From assembly GCA_050117845.1 (NCBI GenBank), contig JASFLY010000002.1:96001-160000 (forward strand): a DNA stretch of 64,000 nucleotides. Reading direction: 5' to 3'. The notes below the pieces were generated by a model. That model searched no databases. It had not been told where the DNA came from and saw nothing but the letters and a program-made list of their open reading frames with translations. Source of the stretch: Candidatus Zixiibacteriota bacterium. Its GTDB lineage: Bacteria; RBG-13-66-14; B26-G2; WVWN01. This document shows positions 36,904 to 43,866 of the stretch, piece by piece; the first letter of the stretch is position 1, and every line of letters begins with the position of its first letter. Position numbers and translations under genes: made by a program.

Positions 36904-36981
36904 ATAGTAGCGTCCCCTCCGGCGTATGTCAAGCCCGCTTTTATGTATAACGTTGACCGGCCCCGGCCTCTCTGCTACTAT
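36904..36981. promoter_or_regulatory. Back-to-back divergent sigma70 promoters
   Basis: Minus strand TTGACA(36932)-17-TACTAT; plus strand TTGACC(36953)-17-TACTAT. Confidence 0.65.
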
Positions 36982-37022
36982 GAGCCCGCGTCGGCGCGCG
37001 AACGGCGCCCGACGGGACGGCC

Positions 37023-39236
37023 ATGGGACTGCTCAAACGCATAATACGCCACCGCTATACCCCGGTGGCCGCGCTCGTTCTGGCCGCGGCGGCCGGCGGC
37101 GTTTACCGCTACGCGGCCATGGACGCCATCTCGCCCCGCGAGTTCTCGTACATGATCGAGTCCTGCATACGTTTCCGCTACGCCGAGATGCGGATGATGG
37201 GCGGGGAGCCGCCGGCGCTCGACCTCGAGGCCCAGTGGCCGGAGGGCTTCGCCGTCGACCGGATGATCCTCTCGCTGCCGGACCGGACGGCCGCGCTGTT
37301 CTACAAGGTCCACGGGGGCGACACCTTCCTCGCCACCCGGACGCTTATAAACATCCTCTCCGCCGTGGGCGTCGGGGCCTTCGCGCTTTTGGCCCTCGCG
37401 GCCCTGCGAAGGCCGGCGTACGCCGCCGGCGCCACGCTTGTCTACGCCGTCACCTTCGGCGCCTTCTCCCGCAGCTGGAGCAACTACCTCCGGGAGGACT
37501 TCGCCATGCCCGGCCTCCTCGCGGCCACGGCGGGGACGCTGTACCTCCTGACATCGGACGGCCGCAAAGGCCGGTGGTTCGCGGCGGCGGGCGTCGCCCT
37601 CGCGACGTGCTGGGCCGGGTCCTGCTGGCACATGAGCCAGTTTTACGTCGCCCTCCTGGGGTTGGCGGTGGTTGCGTACGCCGTCGCTGACCGCCGGGGA
37701 ATTGGGGCGGGGCGGGCGGCGCTGGCCGGCGTTTCCCTCTGGCTCGGCCTGGCCCTAGCCGCGGCCCTCAACAAACCGCTCTGGGTCAAGGGGGCCTTCT
37801 GGAACGTTAGCGCGGCGCTGGCCTTCGCGCCGGCCCTGGCGTGGGCCGCGGCGCGGATTCTGCGCCGGCCCGAACGAGGCCGCTGGTTTGCGCTCGGCGC
37901 GGCGGCCTTGCTGGTCGGCCTCTCGCTCGCCTTCGGCCGGTCCGCCGGCTACGGCCACGTCTACGAACTCGTGTGGGCGAAGATAATCCACCTGGGCAAG
38001 TACCCCGGCCCCGAAGCCCTCTCGGCCGACGCGCGCATGTTCTGGGTGGGGCCTTACGAGTCGCCCGGGGGCTTCCGGGCCTTCATCGAATACGGCCCGC
38101 TGGCCCTGGCCGCCGGCGCGGGCTTCGTCCTGTGGGTGCGGGACGCCGCGCGGCGGCGCCCGGCCACCGGCGTTTTCGTCGCCGCGGCCGCGGCGGCGAC
38201 GGCCGTCCTCTACCTCCTCATGTCACGGCTCACGATATTTCTGGCGCCGTGGGTCGCCGTCCTCGCGTTTTACGCCGTGGTCGCTTTCGGCCGGGCGCGG
38301 TGGCGTGCGGTGGCGGCCGTCGTCCTGGCCGGCCTCGCCTTCTTCCATTCCTACGTGGCGGTTTCGCACGGCGCGCCGCGTTGGCTGCAGGCGCCGCTTA
38401 AAACCGTTACCGGGTTCAAGGCCGATGCCCCCTGGTACTACGGCAGCGAGCGCGTGGACCTCCTCCTCTGGCTGAGCGTAACCAAGGGCCCGCCCGAGCC
38501 GCAGGGGCCGGTTCTGGCCGACTTCGCGCTGAGCCCGGCCTTCCTCTACCTGGCCGGCCGGTCCATCGTCCTCAACCCCATGTTCGAGGTCCCCGAGGTC
38601 CGGCGCAAGGCGCTGGCCTACGCCGAGGCCGCCGTGTCGGACGAGGACACGTTCTACCGCCAGTGCGGGGACTGGGGCGTCAACCACGTCGTGCACTTCG
38701 CCCCCCAGGTCCTGTCGACCGGCGCCGGCTCGTTCTACAATACGGCGGCCCGAATGCCCGAACCGGCCTCCGCCGCGTACGAGATGCAGTTCCACCCCGA
38801 AAAGCTGCGGCGCTTCCGGCTGGTTTTCGAAACCTACAACGCCCGCGTCTTCGAGGTCGGGAAGCCGTACGACGGCTACGCCGCGACGGCCTACCACCCC
38901 CTCTACGACCCGAACCGCTTCCCGGACGTCCCGACGGCCGAAGACCTCGACGCCTTCTACCGGGACCAGCGCCGGGCGGAGGAATACTACACGCTGGCGT
39001 GCGCCGCTCAGGACGCCGGCGACTTCGTGGCCGCGGCCGCGGCCCTGGGCAGCGTCCTCCGCCTGCACCCCGACTACGAGGACGCCAATCTCCGGCTGGG
39101 CTTCTGTAATTTAAAATTGAACCAGACCGAGGACGCCCGGCGCGCGCTGGAGCGCGCCGCCGCCTCCCGGCCCCACGACCCCCGGGCCCGGCGGTATCTG
39201 GACCTGCTGGGCGGCTCCGGCGGCCGGACGAACTAA
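37023..39236 (+). CDS. GT-C membrane glycosyltransferase, DPY19/STT3-like, with C-terminal TPR
   Basis: About 13 TM segments; REFSYMIES, LREDFAMP, GHVYELVWAK, LMSRLTIF and GRSIVLNPMFE motifs; C-terminal TPRs. Confidence 0.7.
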   Translation: MGLLKRIIRHRYTPVAALVLAAAAGGVYRYAAMDAISPREFSYMIESCIRFRYAEMRMMGGEPPALDLEAQWPEGFAVDRMILSLPDRTAALFYKVHGGDTFLATRTLINILSAVGVGAFALLALAALRRPAYAAGATLVYAVTFGAFSRSWSNYLREDFAMPGLLAATAGTLYLLTSDGRKGRWFAAAGVALATCWAGSCWHMSQFYVALLGLAVVAYAVADRRGIGAGRAALAGVSLWLGLALAAALNKPLWVKGAFWNVSAALAFAPALAWAAARILRRPERGRWFALGAAALLVGLSLAFGRSAGYGHVYELVWAKIIHLGKYPGPEALSADARMFWVGPYESPGGFRAFIEYGPLALAAGAGFVLWVRDAARRRPATGVFVAAAAAATAVLYLLMSRLTIFLAPWVAVLAFYAVVAFGRARWRAVAAVVLAGLAFFHSYVAVSHGAPRWLQAPLKTVTGFKADAPWYYGSERVDLLLWLSVTKGPPEPQGPVLADFALSPAFLYLAGRSIVLNPMFEVPEVRRKALAYAEAAVSDEDTFYRQCGDWGVNHVVHFAPQVLSTGAGSFYNTAARMPEPASAAYEMQFHPEKLRRFRLVFETYNARVFEVGKPYDGYAATAYHPLYDPNRFPDVPTAEDLDAFYRDQRRAEEYYTLACAAQDAGDFVAAAAALGSVLRLHPDYEDANLRLGFCNLKLNQTEDARRALERAAASRPHDPRARRYLDLLGGSGGRTN

Positions 39237-39262
39237 ACCCCTACCGCGGGAAAGAACCCCCT

Positions 39263-39718
39263 ATGGAGAATTTCACGATATCGCCGATAGGCGTCATCCG
39301 CACGCCGTTCGCCGCCGCGGCCGACGCCCCCATCCAGGGACGGCTCGCGGCCCAAAACGAAGGGGAGGTCGAGGTCTTCGAGGCGTACGCCCCGGCCCTG
39401 GCCGGCGTCGAAGGCTTCTCCCACCTCACCTTGCTATATTATTTCCACCAGGCCGCCCCGACCGAACTCGTCGTCAAACCGTTTTTGGACGACGCCCGGC
39501 ACGGCGTCTTCGCGACGCGCCACCCCCGGCGGCCCAACCACCTGGGCCTTACGACCGTTCGCCTTATCGAGCGCCGCGGAAACGTACTCGTGGTATCGGG
39601 AGTGGACATGCTCGACGGAACGCCGCTGGTCGATATTAAGCCGTACGTCCCCGCTTTCGACCGCGCGCCGGAGGACGTAAGGTACGGATGGCTCGAAGGG
39701 AAAATCGGCCCCGCGTAG
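39263..39718 (+). CDS. tsaA: tRNA (t6A37)-N6-methyltransferase TrmO/TsaA
   Basis: PIGVIRTPF, APIQG, EGFSH, GVFATRHPRRPN and VDMLDGTPLVDIKPY motifs. Confidence 0.92.
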   Translation: MENFTISPIGVIRTPFAAAADAPIQGRLAAQNEGEVEVFEAYAPALAGVEGFSHLTLLYYFHQAAPTELVVKPFLDDARHGVFATRHPRRPNHLGLTTVRLIERRGNVLVVSGVDMLDGTPLVDIKPYVPAFDRAPEDVRYGWLEGKIGPA

Positions 39719-39836
39719 GGCCAAACGCGGGGTTCAAGGCTTTCGGGTCGGCGCGGCCGCGGAAATTTTCCACAATAAATATCTTTATAACTCAAGCAAT
39801 ATCAAGCTGTTACGATAGCTACCCCGCACATTCTAT

Positions 39837-39865
39837 TTGCATCGCGGCGGCCTAAATGCTATAAT
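39837..39865 (+). promoter_or_regulatory. Putative strong sigma70 promoter
   Basis: TTGCAT-17 bp-TATAAT with TGn; AAGGAGG SD downstream. Confidence 0.65.
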
Positions 39866-39928
39866 GCCCAACTTTCGTTACACGCATTCAAATTAGTTCT
39901 TTTCAATATTAAGGAGGCAACCTAAAAG

Positions 39929-41029
39929 ATGGCTGGAAAGATAACCCTCAGCGTCATCAAGGCCGACATCGGCGGCCTGGTGGGCCATTCCGCGATGCAC
40001 CCCGAAGTCCAGGCCAAGGCCGTGGAAGAACTTGAGAAGGCAAAGAAGGCCGGCCTGCTCATCGACTTCCACGTTTTCGCCTGTGGCGACGACCTCGAAC
40101 TCATCATGACCCACACCGAAGGCACCGACAGCGAGAAGATCCACAAACTCGCCTGGGATACCTTCCTCGCCGGCACCGAAGTGGCTAAGAAACTGCACCT
40201 CTACGGCGCGGGTCAGGACCTTTTGGCCGACGCGTTCTCCGGCAACGTCAAGGGCATGGGCCCGGGCGTCGCGGAGATGGAGTTCGAAGAGCGGAAGAGT
40301 GAGCCGGTCCTCGTCTTCGCCGGCGACAAGTGCGCCCCCGGCGCCTGGAACATGCCGCTCTACAAGATGTTCGCCGACCCGTTCAACACCGCGGGCCTCG
40401 TCATCGACCCCAACATGCACGACGGCTTCAACTTCGACGTCTACGACATCCACAACAGCAAGCGCATCCTCTTCTCCTGCCCGGAAGAGCTTTACGACAT
40501 GCTCGTCTTCATCGGCTCGCCGGACCACTTCCTCGTCCGCGGCGTATTCCGTAAGGACAACGGCGACCCCGCCGCGGTCTCCTCGACGCAGAAGCTCGCG
40601 CTCATCGCGGGCCGCTACGTCGGCAAGGACGACCCGGTTTGCATCGTGCGCTGCCAGTCCGGCCTCCCGGCCGTGGGCGAAGCCCTCGAGCCGTTCGCGT
40701 TCCCGCACACCATCTCCGGTTGGATGCGCGGTTCGCACATGGGCCCGCTGATGCCGACCTCCATCGCCCAGGCGCACCCGACCCGTTTCGACGGGCCGCC
40801 GCGCGTCGTGTGCGTAGGTTACCAAATAGCGGACGGCGGCCTGGCCAGCCACCGCGACATGTTCGACGACCCGAGCTACGACGAGACGCGCAAGACCGCC
40901 AACATCGTCGGCGAGTACCTGCGCCGTCACGGCCCCTTCGAGCCGCACCGCCTCCCCTACGCCGAAATGGAATACACCACCATGCCGGCCGTTCTGGAGA
41001 AGCTGCAGGAACGTTGGGAAGACCTCTAG
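39929..41029 (+). CDS. fbp: Bifunctional fructose-1,6-bisphosphate aldolase/phosphatase (class V, archaeal type)
   Basis: SVIKADIGG, GDD, LYGAGQDLL, FADPFNTAGLVIDP, YVGKDDP, GWMRGSH, FDGPPRV, RRHGPFEPHRL and EMEYTT motifs. Confidence 0.96.
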   Translation: MAGKITLSVIKADIGGLVGHSAMHPEVQAKAVEELEKAKKAGLLIDFHVFACGDDLELIMTHTEGTDSEKIHKLAWDTFLAGTEVAKKLHLYGAGQDLLADAFSGNVKGMGPGVAEMEFEERKSEPVLVFAGDKCAPGAWNMPLYKMFADPFNTAGLVIDPNMHDGFNFDVYDIHNSKRILFSCPEELYDMLVFIGSPDHFLVRGVFRKDNGDPAAVSSTQKLALIAGRYVGKDDPVCIVRCQSGLPAVGEALEPFAFPHTISGWMRGSHMGPLMPTSIAQAHPTRFDGPPRVVCVGYQIADGGLASHRDMFDDPSYDETRKTANIVGEYLRRHGPFEPHRLPYAEMEYTTMPAVLEKLQERWEDL

Positions 41030-41054
41030 GTCGAGTCACGATAGATACGTATAC

Positions 41055-41087
41055 AAAGCCCCCGCCCCCCGGCGGGGGTTTTTATTT
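41055..41087 (+). terminator. Intrinsic terminator
   Basis: AAAGCCCCCGCC-CCCC-GGCGGGGGTTTT followed by TATTT. Confidence 0.8.
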
Positions 41088-41091
41088 CCCA

Positions 41092-41290
41092 GGGTGCCAC
41101 AGACATTCTTGTCTGTGATTCCGTTACCGCTTTGGCCGCCGCTGCGCGTCGGCCGCCGCGGCCTCCGGGCGCCTCCTCGCGCGGCTCGCTCCGCTCGCCG
41201 CCTGCGGGGTCGCCCTCCGCAAATTGTGGTGGGGCCGGCATTCCTGCCGGCCAAACAAGCGCCGTCAGGTGGTAACACCTGACGGCACCC
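41092..41290. repeat. Composite REP-like element, copy B (left flank of island)
   Basis: Reverse complement of about 35136-35312. Contains CACAGACATTCTTGTCTGTG and GGCCGGCATTCCTGCCGGCC hairpins. Confidence 0.85.
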
Positions 41291-41299
41291 TAATTAAAT

Positions 41300-41329
41300 A
41301 AAAAAGGCGCTCCCAAAGAGCGTCTTTTT
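41300..41329 (-). terminator. Intrinsic terminator for the island minus-strand genes
   Basis: AAAAAAGGCGCTC-CCAAA-GAGCGTCTTTTT. Confidence 0.7.
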
Positions 41330-41333
41330 CGTT

Positions 41334-41540
41334 TTATTTCTCCTTCTTTGGAGGGGATTCCGGCGGTTTATTAATGTTCACCGGTTTTTGGGGAGGTTGT
41401 TGGGCTTTTTCCGAATTGCCTGCTGGACCTCCGGGGGTTTTCGAAGGAGTGGCTATTAACAGCGTAGGTTTTCTAGGCGGGGTTTGGGCTTCCCGGAGTG
41501 GCCTTTTGTCGGGTTTAGGTTCGTTGTTTTCTTGATCCAT
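41334..41540 (-). CDS. Small Pro/Lys-rich hypothetical protein
   Basis: 68-aa ORF with a GAGGTGA SD, ending just before the terminator. Confidence 0.5.
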   Translation of the reverse strand: MDQENNEPKPDKRPLREAQTPPRKPTLLIATPSKTPGGPAGNSEKAQQPPQKPVNINKPPESPPKKEK

Positions 41541-41573
41541 TTAAATTCACCTCTTTCCTTATTATACTTCTAG

Positions 41574-41771
41574 CTAAATACGTTTCTTTTTACGCCGACC
41601 ACGTTTCTTATTCTTAGAATTACCCTTTTTGTTTTTGTCGAAAAACCAATCCAAAACGACAGGCTTTTTGGGGGGCTTCAAAGGGCACTGCACTATACCC
41701 CCGGCCGAACGCCGTCTCTTCCCCGTTTCCCAATTACCGTGATCCTCCTTCTTCCTTTTATAGTAAACCAT
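41574..41771 (-). CDS. Small highly basic hypothetical protein
   Basis: 65-aa ORF with a GGGAGG SD; Lys/Arg-rich. Confidence 0.45.
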   Translation of the reverse strand: MVYYKRKKEDHGNWETGKRRRSAGGIVQCPLKPPKKPVVLDWFFDKNKKGNSKNKKRGRRKKKRI

Positions 41772-41783
41772 AAACCTCCCAAA

Positions 41784-42317
41784 TTAACCTACGCAAGGTA
41801 GATTAATGTACGTAAACACCGCGAGGGATATTACGCCGAATATGAAACCGAGTAAGGAAAGGAAGTTCGATACCGAAGCTAGATTACCCCAACAACGGTA
41901 ACTTTCGTTTTCTTCGCCTTTTTGTTCGGCATCGAGGCTATCGATATATTTCCGAAAAGCATGTTGACTTATAAGGAAACCGGTTAAAATCACGAGTAAA
42001 GAAAACGCGAATGAACACCAAGCCAATAATAGTACCCATTTATGTTCTGGGTTAGGGGAGATGTCCTTCACGAAACCAATCGATAAACCTAAAGCACCAG
42101 CGGCTAAATAGGTTATCGTTTTTTCGAAACCCGATATCGAATTACGTTCAGCTTCTAGCGCCGATTCGCGTTCTTTTCTGTAATACTCGTACTCCAGTAT
42201 TCGTAGCTTTTCTTCTTTCTCTTCTTCCGACCGGTTTTCGTTTTCTATATTATTACGCACCATTCGCTTTAATAATGCCATAGATAGAATAGCAAAGCAA
42301 AGATAATAAATTAGCAT
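41784..42317 (-). CDS. Hypothetical membrane protein (about 3 TM; start uncertain)
   Basis: FEKTITYLAAGALGLSIGF, WVLLLAWCSFAFSLLVIL and C-terminal hydrophobic segments. Confidence 0.7.
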   Translation of the reverse strand: MLIYYLCFAILSMALLKRMVRNNIENENRSEEEKEEKLRILEYEYYRKERESALEAERNSISGFEKTITYLAAGALGLSIGFVKDISPNPEHKWVLLLAWCSFAFSLLVILTGFLISQHAFRKYIDSLDAEQKGEENESYRCWGNLASVSNFLSLLGFIFGVISLAVFTYINLPCVG

Positions 42318-42554
42318 ACGCTTATTCCTAACGTTCCGAAGGCAAACGTTAATTATAAGCCTCTCCAGATATTCAATCGGGGCTTTTAAAACGGTTCGCC
42401 TTTATCTAGGCTCGAACCGTAGCCTTCGAATTAAATACCCTGCGATGGCTATTCGGCCGCCTAACGAATATATAATAACATCCTTATTATTACAATACTA
42501 TTTCCTATTTTAAATATCGGTGATGTTTCGTCCGGTTATATTACAATAATTAAA

Positions 42555-42584
42555 TTGACTTCTGGTTATTAACGGACTTATAAT
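42555..42584 (+). promoter_or_regulatory. Putative sigma70 promoter
   Basis: TTGACT-18 bp-TATAAT; AGGAGG SD before ATG 42626. Confidence 0.6.
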
Positions 42585-42625
42585 AGATACTGTAAAATAA
42601 CTACAGTGGTAATAGGAGGATAGCA

Positions 42626-43243
42626 ATGACGAGCCGAGAACCTATTAAAATAACCATGACGACGTTTATTGATTATGTAATATCAATCGGTACAGCAAAA
42701 ATAACGAAAGTCCGGGCTGCACAAAAACAATATGGGCCGGAATACGATCCCCGTTTTGATTTCTGGAGAGGTATACGAAAAAGAATCGAAGATTTGCATA
42801 AGAATAACGAACCGAAATCAGTCTTAGATTCTTTCCTCAACACCGTAGACGATACAAAAAAACAAAAGCTTTACGAGGATAATATCCGCGGATATAAACG
42901 CTTCCTAGGAAAGAAAAAGGTGTACTGGATTGGTCCGCGCCGGGGGACGTGGACCTACGGAGATCTACAGATTAGGGTTAACCCCGAACTAGGACTCAAT
43001 ATAAACGGGACTGATACAATTATTAAGCTTTGGTTCAAAACCGAGAAGTTATCCAAAAATCGAATTGATTTAATACTCTATCTCTTAGGAAAGAAATCGA
43101 GGCCGAACAAAAAAACGGTAGTCGGCGTTTTGGATGTCCAAAGGGGTCGTTTAATAACGCCTACTAGGACTATACCCGATATTGAAGCGCTCCTAAGAGC
43201 GGAAGCACTCTCGTTATTAGAAATTTGGAGAAACTTAGAATGA
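42626..43243 (+). CDS. Basic hypothetical protein (possible degenerate PD-(D/E)xK fold)
   Basis: 205-aa ORF with a strong SD; IRVNPELGLNING...IIKLWFK segment. Confidence 0.75.
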   Translation: MTSREPIKITMTTFIDYVISIGTAKITKVRAAQKQYGPEYDPRFDFWRGIRKRIEDLHKNNEPKSVLDSFLNTVDDTKKQKLYEDNIRGYKRFLGKKKVYWIGPRRGTWTYGDLQIRVNPELGLNINGTDTIIKLWFKTEKLSKNRIDLILYLLGKKSRPNKKTVVGVLDVQRGRLITPTRTIPDIEALLRAEALSLLEIWRNLE

Positions 43244-43259
43244 TAAAGGGGGTGAACAC

Positions 43260-43406
43260 ATGGCAACACGAAGAGGGTCGGGCAAGGTGACCAGCCGCAA
43301 AGCAGCTTCGGCGGCCTCGAAAGTCCTCCGAGATGGGCGGACGTCTAAAACTAGTAAAACGGCGGCCGGTAGTGCGTTATCGCAAAGGCCTTCGAAAAAG
43401 AAGTAA
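43260..43406 (+). CDS. 48-aa basic Ser/Ala/Lys-rich small protein
   Basis: Reads MATRRGSGKVTSRKAASAASKVLRDGRTSKTSKTAAGSALSQRPSKKK*, with an AAGGGGGTGA SD. Too short for the ORF track. Confidence 0.75.
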   Translation: MATRRGSGKVTSRKAASAASKVLRDGRTSKTSKTAAGSALSQRPSKKK

Positions 43407-43499
43407 ACGGGTATTCGGATTACTTTTCCGGGACGACCGCGGTTATTCCATTGTAAATATAAACAGATTACTACCCCTACAATAAGGTTTGACGGAAAC

Positions 43500-43820
43500 G
43501 GCGGCCCTTATGGCCGCCGCCGATTATCCCCAAGCCGGCATTCCTGCCCGTGAATAGGGATGTTATCGGTGGGGCCGACATTCCTGTCGGCCACATAAGC
43601 GCCTTCAGGTGGTAACACCTGACGGTACGTCCCCTGGGCGGCGGCCGCCGATTGAAACCGGCGGTTAGACGCTTCGCGGGTGACCCTCCGGCCGCTGAAG
43701 CGGCCGGTTTCAATACCCAACGCGGCACCGGCATTCCTGCCGTTGATTGCGGTGGGGCCGACATTCCTGTCGGCCGTTAACGCGGCGGCGGCCGTAAAGC
43801 CCGCCGCTGCGGCAATATTC
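43500..43820. repeat. Composite REP-like element, copy C (right flank of island)
   Basis: Reverse complement of about 34982-35197, sharing CCGGCCGCTGAAGCGGCCGG, GGCGGTTAGACGCTTCGCGGGTGA and GGCCGACATTCCTGTCGGCC. Confidence 0.85.
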
Positions 43821-43837
43821 ATTCCCCCTTTTCACCA

Positions 43838-43866
43838 TTGACGGCCGGGGCGGGGGCAGTTAACAT
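43838..43866 (+). promoter_or_regulatory. Putative promoter giving a leaderless mRNA
   Basis: TTGACG-17 bp-TAACAT; ATG 43873 begins 7 nt after the -10 and no SD is present. Confidence 0.5.

Larger units (their letters stand above)
41289..43567. mobile_element. AT-rich horizontally acquired island between 61-bp direct repeats
   Basis: GC visibly drops abruptly. Direct repeats at 41228-41288 and 43568-43628 (6 mismatches). No integrase or transposase inside. Confidence 0.65.
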
